Shown here in pieces: positions 1-10,371 of a stretch of 64,000 nt of DNA; the first letter of the stretch is position 1; each line of letters opens with the position of its first letter. The stretch is taken from positions 99,238-163,237 of the IMG/VR virus record IMGVR_UViG_3300032236_001503. One strand, given 5' to 3'. This DNA comes from a virus. The notes under the pieces are model-generated. The model ran no database searches. It was given only the letters and a program-made list of their open reading frames with translations, and was not told the DNA's origin. Position numbers and translations under genes: made by a program.

Positions 1-952
1 ATGCCGAAATATCATCAAATTTTATTAAACGTTTAATACCATCAATCATCGCATTCCATTTTTCACCAAACCATTCGGATACTTTTATTAATGTTTTACT
101 TGATCTAAATGATTCTTCCCATTCACCTAAAACTCTTTCGGGTAAACCAAATAACCATTCAAATGCTTTTGATAATTTACCAGCCAATAATATACCATCG
201 GAAATTAATCCTAATAATAATAAAAATAATCCTGACATTCCACCCTTTGCTTGTTCTTCTTGATTATTACCAGTGATAGAAATTTTTGGAAATTTCTTGA
301 TAGCGTTATCTAAAAGATCGGTTATAAATTCTTTACCACTTTTTGAAAATCCAATAAGAGTTTCTTGTGGACCGAAATTCTTCTGCTCCTGATCAGCAGG
401 TTCATTTGGTTTGATATTCTTAACCGAATCGGGAATTATATTTTGAATTGGTTGATTTACTTTATTTAAATTCTCTGTTGGATTTGCAGCAGAAGCCTGT
501 TGAGCAAGAAATTGATCTCTTACTTCATTAGATACGAATCTATTATTTTGATCAACATATTGACCAGCTTTATTTTGTTTTATAGCTGGTATATTCTTTT
601 TATATTCTTCACTGGGTTCAAATTTCTTGTTGAGAAATTTTTCCATATTTGTTTTATATTTCTTAATAGCATCCTCATACTCTTTATTGATGTTAGATAA
701 CCCAAAAGGATCTGTTAATTTATCAACGGTTGTATTGTTTACTGTATCTAATTTCTTCTTTATTAAAGAATAGAAATCTTTTAACTTAGTTGAAACGGGA
801 TTAAAGAAATTTTCCTTAAATGATGCATGGAATTCATCTATATAGGCAGTATTATCCCCAAATAGAAGCTTATTGATAAGTTCTTGGGAATTAATTTCCC
901 CTGTCAAATTATCTTTAAGACTGTCTAGGACTTTTAAAATGTCTTCACCCAT
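1..952 (-). CDS. Large virion protein, probable baseplate hub/tape-measure-like (gp29-like); runs off the window start
   Basis: Open frame from ATG at 952 (MGEDILKVLDSLKDNL...) to the window edge, missing from the ORF track; TATAAATA just upstream; downstream of hub and tail-tube genes. Confidence 0.5.
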   Translation of the reverse strand, partial: MGEDILKVLDSLKDNLTGEINSQELINKLLFGDNTAYIDEFHASFKENFFNPVSTKLKDFYSLIKKKLDTVNNTTVDKLTDPFGLSNINKEYEDAIKKYKTNMEKFLNKKFEPSEEYKKNIPAIKQNKAGQYVDQNNRFVSNEVRDQFLAQQASAANPTENLNKVNQPIQNIIPDSVKNIKPNEPADQEQKNFGPQETLIGFSKSGKEFITDLLDNAIKKFPKISITGNNQEEQAKGGMSGLFLLLLGLISDGILLAGKLSKAFEWLFGLPERVLGEWEESFRSSKTLIKVSEWFGEKWNAMIDGIKRLIKFDDISA

Positions 953-958
953 ATATAA

Positions 959-966
959 TATTTATA
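959..966 (-). promoter_or_regulatory. T4-type late promoter TATAAATA
   Basis: Exact T4 gp55 consensus 6 nt upstream of the ATG at 952. Confidence 0.8.
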
Positions 967-985
967 TGGGAATAGTGGTTTAAGC

Positions 986-1795
986 TTAACTTAAAAACAA
1001 TAAACTATCTATAGTTATAACCTTCTTGAGATCACCATTTGTAACAGTCAATATCGAATCTATATCATTTTTCCATTCTGAAACTTGTGCGAGAACTTTT
1101 TGAATCAAGCCAGATGGTAATTTTTCAACAACTCTAAGTTTTTGATTGAATGTTAAAGTGTTAAAATCATATTTTGCGCCATTAATGGTGACATAATTGA
1201 TATACTTTGAGGTTTCTGATATAAAAGCATCAGAAATAATAGCTTGTACATCTTTATTAGTCTTAATATCATCTATCTTTTTATAATCATTATAAAAATT
1301 TTCTTCATATTCGACTTCGGTTTTAATGGTAGGCAAAGAAACACCAACAATTAAAGAAACTGTTTCATTTTTAAGCTCAACATCAGTTAAATTTGGTGTT
1401 TTATAATCATTAAATCTAGATATAACATCATTTAAATTTATTTTTGATGATATATCATCATTGAATTTAACAGTTAATTCTTCTGATATCTGAGATTTAA
1501 GTGCAATAGCAATAAACGATTTATCTGATACTGTTAATTCATCTACGACTGACTTTTCTTCCGAGAGAATGTTTTCCTTTAAGATACTGTAAAAAGTTTT
1601 TACGAATTCCGAATTATAAACAGAATTATCCATTGCTGAGCTTAAAAGCGTTTTCTGTTGTTTTGCATCAATTTCTTTAAAGTATATGGTTTTTTCTTTT
1701 GAAGGTATATAAACGCCAATTTTGAACGATTCTGACACACTGTTGAGTGCATTTATCGCAGCATTAAAGTCTAAAATTGTATTTTCTTCGGTCAT
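986..1795 (-). CDS. Baseplate hub assembly protein (T4 gp26-like)
   Basis: YIPSKEKTIYFKEIDAKQQK and LTVSDKSFIAIALKSQ resemble gp26-type proteins; tail-module context; TATAAATA at 1801-1808. Confidence 0.55.
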   Translation of the reverse strand: MTEENTILDFNAAINALNSVSESFKIGVYIPSKEKTIYFKEIDAKQQKTLLSSAMDNSVYNSEFVKTFYSILKENILSEEKSVVDELTVSDKSFIAIALKSQISEELTVKFNDDISSKINLNDVISRFNDYKTPNLTDVELKNETVSLIVGVSLPTIKTEVEYEENFYNDYKKIDDIKTNKDVQAIISDAFISETSKYINYVTINGAKYDFNTLTFNQKLRVVEKLPSGLIQKVLAQVSEWKNDIDSILTVTNGDLKKVITIDSLLFLS

Positions 1796-1800
1796 GAGAT

Positions 1801-1808
1801 TATTTATA
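1801..1808 (-). promoter_or_regulatory. T4-type late promoter TATAAATA
   Basis: Exact consensus 5 nt upstream of the ATG at 1795. Confidence 0.8.
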
Positions 1809-1812
1809 TAGG

Positions 1813-2775
1813 TTACTGTCCAAATTCAAGTGCCAAATCTTGGACACTTTTACTGGCATTACTCTTAATCATGTTGTTAACGCCGTCATTTTGGTTGTTT
1901 TCTTTCCTTTTTCTTGCCTCTACTATGATTGATGAATATACTTTTCTTTCTGCTGGTGATAATTTTAATACGTATTCAGGGGGTAAATTCTCACCTGCCA
2001 TATAAAAGATCTCTTCATAAAGAGACTTTACATCATAAGAGAAAAACAACCTTATAAAATCTATGAATGATAATGTGTATAAATTAAATGTATTATTTTT
2101 AAATGATTCAACCATGAATAAATCACATTGATTTAATTTCTTAACATTTTCTAGAACTAATTCTTGTACTTTTTTTATTAATGAAACCGATATTTTACAA
2201 AAAATTTCATTTTTTTGTATCGAATCAAAATTAGAAAAAATAATTTTCTTATCTCCTATTTTTATATATTCTATAAATTCTTGAAAACTATCAAATACAA
2301 CTTTGAAATCATTATCTATTATATCCTGAAACACTTTTATCGATTTTATGGTGGGCCAACACAATTTAATTTCAATGTTATTTTCAGTTATTAAATTATC
2401 TTTAATAGCTTCTACTGCACCATAATATAAATTCTTTAAAAATAAATTTAAATTTATTGTAGTTTTTGCGGTTTTAAATTCAGCATTTTCAGTCTTGGTT
2501 ATGAACTCTATAGATGAACCAATACTCACAATTCTTAATTTTGTTATGAATAAAACATAATCAATTATATTAATATTATCAAAATCATCTGGTGTTTCTA
2601 AACACTCTTTAATTGTTTTTAAAACAAAGTTATTATAATCAAAATAATTTTCTTTGGTTTTAGGAAAAGACAAATTAGCTTTTGACAGAGCTATTTGCTG
2701 CTCCGTTGTAATTTCCTTAAACTTTACCTTCTTGTTTGAAAATGGTAATTCTGTACTATAGTTATAGTATTCCAC
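1813..2775 (-). CDS. Baseplate hub protein (gp26-like, with gp51-like C-terminus)
   Basis: ELPFSNKKVKFKEITT...DYVLFITKLRIVSIG; C-terminal EYVLKLSPAERKVY resembles the gp51-like motif. Confidence 0.55.
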   Translation of the reverse strand: MEYYNYSTELPFSNKKVKFKEITTEQQIALSKANLSFPKTKENYFDYNNFVLKTIKECLETPDDFDNINIIDYVLFITKLRIVSIGSSIEFITKTENAEFKTAKTTINLNLFLKNLYYGAVEAIKDNLITENNIEIKLCWPTIKSIKVFQDIIDNDFKVVFDSFQEFIEYIKIGDKKIIFSNFDSIQKNEIFCKISVSLIKKVQELVLENVKKLNQCDLFMVESFKNNTFNLYTLSFIDFIRLFFSYDVKSLYEEIFYMAGENLPPEYVLKLSPAERKVYSSIIVEARKRKENNQNDGVNNMIKSNASKSVQDLALEFGQ

Positions 2776-2783
2776 CTAATAAC

Positions 2784-3500
2784 TTATAAGGTCTTTATCA
2801 AAGATCCAGTAGAAGCATCGGAAACCCAATATGAATCATAAACAAATTCTATTGGACTAGTTCTTAATCCGTCTTCCATGTAGGAATAAGATTCTGGTGG
2901 AATCGTTATGGGTGCAACATTACTAAAACTATAAACTTTTCTTGGAGCCATTGGACTACCATAACCCGTTTTAGCAAGCATTATTACATCCAATTGTCCA
3001 CATTTTACATACTTCTCAGAACCCTTATCTCTAGCAACTAAACCATTATAACCAACTGAAATAGCCCAAGGTCTTAATATTAAATCGATAAATGATGCAT
3101 TTGTTTCTAACATCGTGATCGATAATGGTTTATATTTTGTTCTTGTATTGGAAGTAGCAGGTGCTTGATAACCACCATAATCCAATCCTTCATGTGATGC
3201 ATTTATATTCTCACCGGGTAGATCGACTTCTCTAGCCCATGCACAACCAATATTACCAGTGTATTGGAACGTTTGACTTAATAAACTATATGAAGTACTT
3301 GGATCATAACTCCAACCAGCACTATTTTCATACGTATTTAATAAATTAGAAAAATTACTAGATAGAACATTAATATCAGTTATTCCAGTAAACTGCAAAA
3401 ACCACTGACTAGCCATTGCTAGATTAGTGGGCCAAGTACCTAGAAGACTTAAATAGTAATCATAGGTACTTGCGTATCCAAATGTATTAATTGGTGGCAT
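2784..3500 (-). CDS. Tail tube initiator/baseplate-tube junction (gp54/gp48-like)
   Basis: Tube-fold pattern (VDLPGE...LSITMLET...W...YSFSNVAPITI...FVYD); next to the tail tube gene. Confidence 0.6.
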   Translation of the reverse strand: MPPINTFGYASTYDYYLSLLGTWPTNLAMASQWFLQFTGITDINVLSSNFSNLLNTYENSAGWSYDPSTSYSLLSQTFQYTGNIGCAWAREVDLPGENINASHEGLDYGGYQAPATSNTRTKYKPLSITMLETNASFIDLILRPWAISVGYNGLVARDKGSEKYVKCGQLDVIMLAKTGYGSPMAPRKVYSFSNVAPITIPPESYSYMEDGLRTSPIEFVYDSYWVSDASTGSLIKTL

Positions 3501-3528
3501 AATAATATTTATGCCTTAGTGCTTATTA

Positions 3529-4068
3529 TTAAGACTTTCTCCAATACTGATAAGCAATTGTTGCACCTTGTGTTAAGACTGTTCCAGCATCGGTAATATC
3601 TAACGCAAGTTCACCAACTTCTTGTAACCATGCACCATAAAGTGTATAAGTTTCAAGAGGATTACCTAACTTATCAATTAATACTAAGATAATTGAATTA
3701 TTAGCATTTGTTGATGGTATATTGTAATTGCCAGTACTAGAAGAATCATCAAAAATTGATGTGATCCACTGTTCAAGCTTTTGACGGATTGAAATATTTT
3801 GAGGTAAACGGAATTCAACTTTCCAACCAGCACTATTTGGATAGTTAACCGTACCCGGTACGTTAAACTTAAGACCCATGAATGGGAGTTCAACATTCTG
3901 GATAGCCTTTGCTGGCATTGTTGTAGTTGTGATATAAAGTAATTCTTCAGGACTGAAGGTTGTGCCTCCAATTGAGATTACTCTGAATAAGTTCTTTCTT
4001 GCGAAGTCATTAGCTGCCGCCGCATTGTAGAAGTTTTCGATTCCGTATGTGTCAAGTATTCCGCTCAT
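3529..4068 (-). CDS. Tail tube protein (T4 gp19-like)
   Basis: ARKNLFRV, FMGLKFNVPG, YTLYGAW, IAYQYW motifs; directly follows the sheath gene. Confidence 0.9.
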   Translation of the reverse strand: MSGILDTYGIENFYNAAAANDFARKNLFRVISIGGTTFSPEELLYITTTTMPAKAIQNVELPFMGLKFNVPGTVNYPNSAGWKVEFRLPQNISIRQKLEQWITSIFDDSSSTGNYNIPSTNANNSIILVLIDKLGNPLETYTLYGAWLQEVGELALDITDAGTVLTQGATIAYQYWRKS

Positions 4069-4097
4069 ATGTTAATATTTATCCTTGTTGTATACAA

Positions 4098-6572
4098 TTA
4101 GAATTGGTTATTAGCAACTAATTCAGTAAAGTCTACTCCTGTTTGGGTTGCGATGAAGTCACACAAGATGAATTCAGCTGTTTTAACTGGTTGGATATAA
4201 ATTGAAACCTTCAATTGATTATTATCAATGATGTCAGGTGTATTGTTTCTACTATCACATACAATCAAGTAGTTGTATAAACCACTATTGATTTTTGCAT
4301 TATCGAATATTGGCTTTAATGCAGCAACCAAGCGAGTTTGGGTTGTATATGTGTTTGGCTCAAATACGAAGTACTTAAGTAATGATTGTGTTTGTTTTTC
4401 TAAGGTTAAGAAAAGTTCACGAACATTAACTCTATCGAAAGCAGATGGTGTTCTATAAAGAGTCTTCTGACCATATACAACATAACCTTCATTTGGGAAA
4501 TATGCGATTGGGTTCAAGTTCACCTTATAGAGTAAATCTCTCTGCTTTTGTGTTGGGTTAATTGCGAGATCAACCACATTGGTCAATGCACCTCTTGTGA
4601 ATCCAGCAACTGCATTCCAAGGGAATGTTTGTTGGAAAGATGTAGCCATTGCAGCTGCAACATAACCAGATGATGGAATCCAAACTAATTTGTTAGTTGT
4701 TGCATCATTATACTTGATCCAGTTAGCGTATGTAGCAACATAACTACTATTGATTGAACCAAACTGATTATTGAGGGGCCAGTAGATATCGTTTGAGAAT
4801 ACAAATCCATTATTGGATGTAACCTTGTTATCTGCACCCTGAACCAATAAATGTCTGATTGGGTCAGCGACGAAGATGTGATCTTTTCTATTATCATTTG
4901 CAAGTGATACGAATTGATCAGCAATACTTAAATAGTCAGCACCGGAACCACTTGTCCATCCTGAACCACTTCCAGTGATATCGTATAATCCAGTACCATT
5001 AGTTACTGAATCGGCACTTGTTCCAAGATTCCATTGGTAGTTATATGTTTCATCATAGAACCAAGGTAAACCTTGTGGTGTGGCAATTTGCTGCTGATAA
5101 GCATTAACACTTGCCCAAATTGTTCCTAATCCAGCTTCTACTGTAATATCAAGTTTAACGGTGTCATCATTTTGTATTCTTGATAAAACATTTTGTAACT
5201 TTAATGGAATATTACCGCAATCCTTTGTTTTATAATCAGTTTGGGACTGATAAACACCTGATGCATAAAGATTCTGACCAACTGGTGCAACTGAAACCTC
5301 TTTAGGTGGAATGTATGCACCATTACTATTTGTTGTACCTGTCCAATTTCCATATTGTGAAATATATGGATTGGTATGTACACTGATATTCTTAGAAGCT
5401 TTGTTTACAACATTGTCCAAGAAGAATGATACTGGTGCGCCACCGTTAGGGTTATTTTGGGTTCTATTTGAATAGAGTGAACCAACATAACCTTCAGCAA
5501 CACTATATGATAATGTTACAGTATCTTGATTATAAGTTGATGTACCAATCTTAAAGAGAACGAGTGATAAACTGTCTTGATAAGATGGTGATGAGAAATT
5601 ATATCCGGTTGGGAAAGTTTCTATAATCTCAGAAATACTCTGTCCACCAAAGGAATTAGCAACCGATGTGATTGGACTTGAGATACTAAATCTACTAGCT
5701 GGTACAGTGTAATAATCTTGCTGTGTACCATTTTGATCAATAGCAACAACTGATCTTACACCAGTAATACTTGTAAAGTTTGTTGCTGGGTTAATATTTT
5801 GATTACCGCATAAACCAACATAATAACCTTCATAAAGATTATCAACACTTGTTTTTGATTCATTGATAATGACTATACCACTACTGAAATTTGATGATAA
5901 TTGTGCAAAACTAGTAATCGTTGGGAGAATGTATGAACCACCTGCACTTAATGCATTTGTTAAAGGATAATATGAAAGATTTACACCCGATGTTGAAGCA
6001 TTGTATGAAACAGATGAAACGTCAGTTGCAGAATTAACATAATGTTGTGAATAGAATCCAGTTAACGCAGCAGCACTCGTTGATGGTGTTGAAATGATAT
6101 TAACAGATGATAATACATAAGGACTTACACCCCATGTGATATTATTCTGTTTAATCTGAGCATATTGAGAATCATTCAATAAGATTGAAACTGGTTCTAA
6201 TAATGTATAATTTGTTGCATTAGCAAAAAGAGGATTATCGGTTGATACAGGGTATACCAATGCACTATGATTGCTAGTATATCCAGTGCCAGCACTTTGA
6301 CCATAAGGTAATCTCACAATATTTAAATTTGCTGGTGATGTATTTAAAATCTGTCTAGCACTGTGATAGAGGTAACGCTCAGCGGCATTTGATGGAACAC
6401 CAAAAACACTTTCGTATTCACTGATACTGCTTACATTAATAAGTTCATTTGTAGGTCCTTGTTCAGCAAATCCCACCGCAAGAACATTTGTATTTCCTGT
6501 TGTGTTAGTTATTAAACTAAGATCTACTTCATTAATCTGAACGCCCGGTGATGTTATGGTTAAAGTTGACAT
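4098..6572 (-). CDS. Tail sheath protein (T4 gp18-like)
   Basis: N-terminal SPGVQINEVDLS; C-terminal AGFTRG, RDLLY...NPI, GQKTL, SAFDRVNVR, FEPN, IQPVKTAEFI. Confidence 0.97.
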   Translation of the reverse strand: MSTLTITSPGVQINEVDLSLITNTTGNTNVLAVGFAEQGPTNELINVSSISEYESVFGVPSNAAERYLYHSARQILNTSPANLNIVRLPYGQSAGTGYTSNHSALVYPVSTDNPLFANATNYTLLEPVSILLNDSQYAQIKQNNITWGVSPYVLSSVNIISTPSTSAAALTGFYSQHYVNSATDVSSVSYNASTSGVNLSYYPLTNALSAGGSYILPTITSFAQLSSNFSSGIVIINESKTSVDNLYEGYYVGLCGNQNINPATNFTSITGVRSVVAIDQNGTQQDYYTVPASRFSISSPITSVANSFGGQSISEIIETFPTGYNFSSPSYQDSLSLVLFKIGTSTYNQDTVTLSYSVAEGYVGSLYSNRTQNNPNGGAPVSFFLDNVVNKASKNISVHTNPYISQYGNWTGTTNSNGAYIPPKEVSVAPVGQNLYASGVYQSQTDYKTKDCGNIPLKLQNVLSRIQNDDTVKLDITVEAGLGTIWASVNAYQQQIATPQGLPWFYDETYNYQWNLGTSADSVTNGTGLYDITGSGSGWTSGSGADYLSIADQFVSLANDNRKDHIFVADPIRHLLVQGADNKVTSNNGFVFSNDIYWPLNNQFGSINSSYVATYANWIKYNDATTNKLVWIPSSGYVAAAMATSFQQTFPWNAVAGFTRGALTNVVDLAINPTQKQRDLLYKVNLNPIAYFPNEGYVVYGQKTLYRTPSAFDRVNVRELFLTLEKQTQSLLKYFVFEPNTYTTQTRLVAALKPIFDNAKINSGLYNYLIVCDSRNNTPDIIDNNQLKVSIYIQPVKTAEFILCDFIATQTGVDFTELVANNQF

Positions 6573-6654
6573 ATTTTCTAAATGTATTTACCCTAGAAAA
6601 TACCCATTTTATAAAATCTTTTTTTATTTCTCTTTAGGAGTAAGTAATAGTAAT

Positions 6655-6930
6655 ATGAATAAATATGATTTATTAGTAGCTTCTATTCTTGAAGAATCAA
6701 ATTGCACCAAAGTAACTCAAAAAACTCATTCAACTAGAAAAGGTAAGAAGTGGATGAAATGTGTTAAAAATCCAAAGGGTGGATATAAGAGAATCCATTG
6801 GGGACAAGCTGGTGTGAGAGTTACTGGTAAATCTGGAAATACAAAGAGAAAGAAATCATTTAGAGCTAGACATAAATGCTCATCAGCAAAACCGGGTACG
6901 CCTAAATATCAAGCTTGTAAAGATTGGTAA
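6655..6930 (+). CDS. Small basic conserved T4-like protein, probably internal virion protein
   Basis: IHWGQ...RKKSFRARHKC...ACKDW; start set at ATG 6655, after TAAGTA. Confidence 0.65.
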   Translation: MNKYDLLVASILEESNCTKVTQKTHSTRKGKKWMKCVKNPKGGYKRIHWGQAGVRVTGKSGNTKRKKSFRARHKCSSAKPGTPKYQACKDW

Positions 6931-6949
6931 TAAGTATTATAATAAAAAC

Positions 6950-7384
6950 ATGAGCAAACATTTCGAAACAGTTTTAAGAAAATATATATCAGAAGCAATT
7001 GGACAAGATGTTACAAGTCCATTAACACCAGCTGATATAGCAAATTCTGAAAAACAATTAAACACTGCTTCACCAGCAGTTAAAAAGGCAGCACAAACTG
7101 CTGCTCAAGCTTTAACACCAGCTAAACCATTTGAACAAATGTCACCAGTTGAGCAACTTCAATCTATTATTGATCCAACTCATCCAGAAAATGATATATC
7201 AAAGGTTAGTCTAACACCCGAATTGGACGAGCATCTTAAAAAAGTAGGGATTAATATTGGCAATCCAAGCAATTCTCAAACTACTCCATCAGCTTCTCAA
7301 GAAAAAGCTGGATCAGTTCAAACTAATCCTCAATCAGTTGAGGGTGGAACTACTTACGGTAGTGATAAAACACAAAATATATAA
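6950..7384 (+). CDS. Hypothetical late protein
   Basis: 144-aa ORF; TAAGTA upstream. Confidence 0.6.
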   Translation: MSKHFETVLRKYISEAIGQDVTSPLTPADIANSEKQLNTASPAVKKAAQTAAQALTPAKPFEQMSPVEQLQSIIDPTHPENDISKVSLTPELDEHLKKVGINIGNPSNSQTTPSASQEKAGSVQTNPQSVEGGTTYGSDKTQNI

Positions 7385-7415
7385 CTATTACTTTTTTAAT
7401 TAGTTATTAAAATTT

Positions 7416-8318
7416 ATGAGCAAAAAAATGCGCCCAAAAAAGGGTTCTGACAGGCATCAATCTGGCAGAACTCGTAATGTAACAACAACCCCAGAAAGTG
7501 GGAAACAAGAAGACAATTCACCATATGTCTTCCAAAGAGATAAAATCGCTTTTGATTTAACAATTAAAAATTTACCTTGGACAGAAAAACAAAAGGAAAT
7601 TATTGCTAGATTTTTAGATAAAGGAACAAAAGTACTCTTACTTAAAGGACCTGCTGGTACATCTAAAACAACCCTCGCAATGTATTGCGGATTAACTCTT
7701 CTTAATATGAGAAGAATTTCCGATATGGTATTGGTTCGTTCTGCTGTTGAATCATCTGATTCAAAACTTGGATTCCTACCGGGTGATGTTGCAGAAAAGT
7801 TCAACGTTTATCTAACACCATTCCATGACAAGTTTGAAGAGCTTTTAAATAAGCCACAACTTGATAAACTGGAAAAGGATAATCGTTTAACAATTTGCCC
7901 TATTAACTTTGCAAGAGGTCTTCACTTCTCAGCAAAGTTTGTTTGTGCTGATGAAGTTCAGAACTTTTCAAAAAGAGAAATTCACACTCTTATGAGTCGT
8001 ATTGGTGAGTTTTCAAAGGTTTTCCTTTGTGGTGATCCTGAACAAAGTGATCTTCCAATTGGTAAATCGGGATTTGATAAGGTTTATAACCTTTTCAATA
8101 ATGATGAAGCAAAAGAACATGGTATTTTTTGTATGGAATTAACCGAAGATGATATCGTTCGTTCTGAACTTTGTAAATTTATTACTCATAAGTTCAAGGA
8201 ATTACAGCTTGCTACCCAACAAGAGGAAGCAAATAAGGCTCAACATCACAAAGAAAATTCACATAAAGAATTTTCCGGAACCGAAAAAAGAACTTGGAAT
8301 CCTTCAAGTAATAAGTAA
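7416..8318 (+). CDS. phoH: PhoH-like ATPase
   Basis: GPAGTSKT, LGFLPGD, RG, DEVQN, SRIG, GDPEQSD, DIVRS motifs. Confidence 0.95.
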   Translation: MSKKMRPKKGSDRHQSGRTRNVTTTPESGKQEDNSPYVFQRDKIAFDLTIKNLPWTEKQKEIIARFLDKGTKVLLLKGPAGTSKTTLAMYCGLTLLNMRRISDMVLVRSAVESSDSKLGFLPGDVAEKFNVYLTPFHDKFEELLNKPQLDKLEKDNRLTICPINFARGLHFSAKFVCADEVQNFSKREIHTLMSRIGEFSKVFLCGDPEQSDLPIGKSGFDKVYNLFNNDEAKEHGIFCMELTEDDIVRSELCKFITHKFKELQLATQQEEANKAQHHKENSHKEFSGTEKRTWNPSSNK

Positions 8319-8328
8319 GTATATCACG

Positions 8329-8511
8329 ATGAATAATAATCCTCAATATCAAACATTAGAGAATCGTCCGGTCGCTTGTACATTTTGTGGTGCGCAAGTT
8401 CAAGGTAGAATAACTCCAAAGCAAGATCCAAAAACAAAGGCAATCGTACAAGAATGTCGTTGGTCTTGTGGAAGATGTGGTAATCTAGTTAGAATTGGTA
8501 ACTTAAAGTAA
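8329..8511 (+). CDS. Zinc-ribbon protein
   Basis: CTFC...CGRC; ATG 8329 after TAAGTA. Confidence 0.65.
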   Translation: MNNNPQYQTLENRPVACTFCGAQVQGRITPKQDPKTKAIVQECRWSCGRCGNLVRIGNLK

Positions 8512-8514
8512 AAA

Positions 8515-9000
8515 ATGGAATTGGATAAGATCATAACAGAAGTATATGATACTGCTAATAAGTCTTATCCTGCCTATAGCTCACCAGCTAGAAAAGATTT
8601 TTCACCTCAATCTGCCAGAAACACACCAAATTTTCCTTATCAAAAACAGGATGATTTAACTAATCCACCACCCCAATCAGTTCCTAGTTTACCGTGGCCC
8701 CTGCAAACAGTAGTGGATGATTTAACGGATAGTTTTGTGTTTTTATCACAAGCAATGGATAAAATTTCATCAGCAGTTAAAAACAACCCATCCTTAAACG
8801 ATAAACAAAAAACAAGATTAATTCGCTTTTATAAGATAGCAAAATTATCATTAAAAGGAATTAGAAAAATTGGTTTACATATTATAGATGTTGCCAACTT
8901 AGCAAGCGAACAACCATCACAGAATCCAGTTCCACCATCAGAGTATATTCCACCTGAATCTGCTCCTATGAAAAATAGGATTAAAATAAGAGTTAGATAA
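8515..9000 (+). CDS. Hypothetical protein
   Basis: 161-aa ORF in the operon. Confidence 0.6.
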   Translation: MELDKIITEVYDTANKSYPAYSSPARKDFSPQSARNTPNFPYQKQDDLTNPPPQSVPSLPWPLQTVVDDLTDSFVFLSQAMDKISSAVKNNPSLNDKQKTRLIRFYKIAKLSLKGIRKIGLHIIDVANLASEQPSQNPVPPSEYIPPESAPMKNRIKIRVR

Positions 9001-9044
9001 AAAAGTAGTTGACATGTTATTTGCAATATTGTAATATTGCTTAT

Positions 9045-9482
9045 ATGTTAAAAATAAAAATTCCTTGGATCTTTATCAGATCCACTATAACAGTATTATT
9101 TATATCCTTTATAGGATCACTAGGTGTCAAGACTATCGGTGGCAATTTTTGGGCATCCTTTGCCCTTTTTATTGCCATACAATATATTTTATTTTCTTTT
9201 GTAGCAACAATAGTTAAAAATTACATTTATCAAAAGACTCTTCAAAAAGAACTTGATGCACTTGAACCACTTTCGACCATTCTTGATTGTGCATATTGTT
9301 CAACTGCAAACGTTATGACATTCTTACCAGATCAAAATGAAAGAGCAGAATTTGTATGTACATCTTGTGATAAAAGAAATTTAGTTAATATACAATTTGT
9401 AGTTGCTAGAATAACTGAACCCGTAAATATGCCTTCTGCAACTGGTATCCCATCCATTCAAACTGTCGCTAATGAAAACTAA
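9045..9482 (+). CDS. Two-TM membrane protein with C-terminal Zn finger
   Basis: Two hydrophobic segments, CAYC...CTSC; TTGACA-N16-TAATAT promoter directly upstream. Confidence 0.6.
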   Translation: MLKIKIPWIFIRSTITVLFISFIGSLGVKTIGGNFWASFALFIAIQYILFSFVATIVKNYIYQKTLQKELDALEPLSTILDCAYCSTANVMTFLPDQNERAEFVCTSCDKRNLVNIQFVVARITEPVNMPSATGIPSIQTVANEN

Positions 9483-9744
9483 TAAATCTTGGAAAGTGAT
9501 AACTGAAGATAGTGCTAAATGGGCTAGATGGATGGCTTTTTACGAAGCAGTAAATATCATCATTGATAATGCCGAAGATAAGAAAATTCCCTTAGATAAG
9601 GTTGTTTTTAAACCTTTAAAAATTAGAGAATATATCGAAGCAACCGAAGATCTCTTTCTCAGAAAGCTTCTCAGACAAGAACATAATATTGATGTTGCTT
9701 ACCAAGAAGAACCTAATACAAAGGAAGAATATCAGTTTATTTAG
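9472..9744 (+). CDS. Hypothetical protein
   Basis: 90-aa ORF overlapping the end of the previous gene. Confidence 0.55.
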   Translation: MKTNKSWKVITEDSAKWARWMAFYEAVNIIIDNAEDKKIPLDKVVFKPLKIREYIEATEDLFLRKLLRQEHNIDVAYQEEPNTKEEYQFI

Positions 9745-10370
9745 TATTCCCCATACACACTAGTATTAGAGCATGGATTATCTATTGGGTAATGGAAGTT
9801 TCCTTCAGCTAAAGCCTCAAGAGCATCATTATCATTAACGGGTTTATTACCTTCGCCAGAACCGGGTGAACCGGGTTCGTAACTGTAATCATATCTCTTA
9901 GCTTTAAAGAACCAAACATAGTGACCACCTAATGCGTTAATAACAAACTCATCTATAACCTCTGTTAATTCATAGACAGTAGGACCTCTTTTTGGATAAT
10001 TGATTCTATCGCTTCCAAATTCTGTTAATTGTAATAGATCGCTTGGTTTTGGTTCACTTGCTGTACCAAAAACTTCCGTAAAATCATCAGGGTGTAAAAC
10101 ACCGTTTAAATCACTATCAGCAATGATACCAAATTTAGATAACAAATATGAATCGTTACTAAGATTTAATAAAACGATTAATGGTTTTGGTGGAGCAAAT
10201 CCAGCATCTGGTTCTTCACCATAAAGTATATTAACACCAGATAATGCAGTTTTATTTTGATAATAATTTATCAATTGACCATTAACATGGATTTGTTCTT
10301 TCCAGTAATTACTGAACAGTTGTCTTTCATTACTATTAATTCCTTTATTTAAATAGCGTAGCGATTCCAT
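9741..10370 (-). CDS. Neck/head-closure protein (T4 gp14-like)
   Basis: LYGEEP, LSKFGI, EPKPSDL, YVW...RYDYSYE match gp14-type proteins. Confidence 0.75.
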   Translation of the reverse strand: MESLRYLNKGINSNERQLFSNYWKEQIHVNGQLINYYQNKTALSGVNILYGEEPDAGFAPPKPLIVLLNLSNDSYLLSKFGIIADSDLNGVLHPDDFTEVFGTASEPKPSDLLQLTEFGSDRINYPKRGPTVYELTEVIDEFVINALGGHYVWFFKAKRYDYSYEPGSPGSGEGNKPVNDNDALEALAEGNFHYPIDNPCSNTSVYGEY

Positions 10371-10371
10371 T

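Noticed and set aside
500-700. 66-aa hydrophobic plus-strand ORF
   Set aside because: Antisense shadow of the long minus-strand ORF starting at 952
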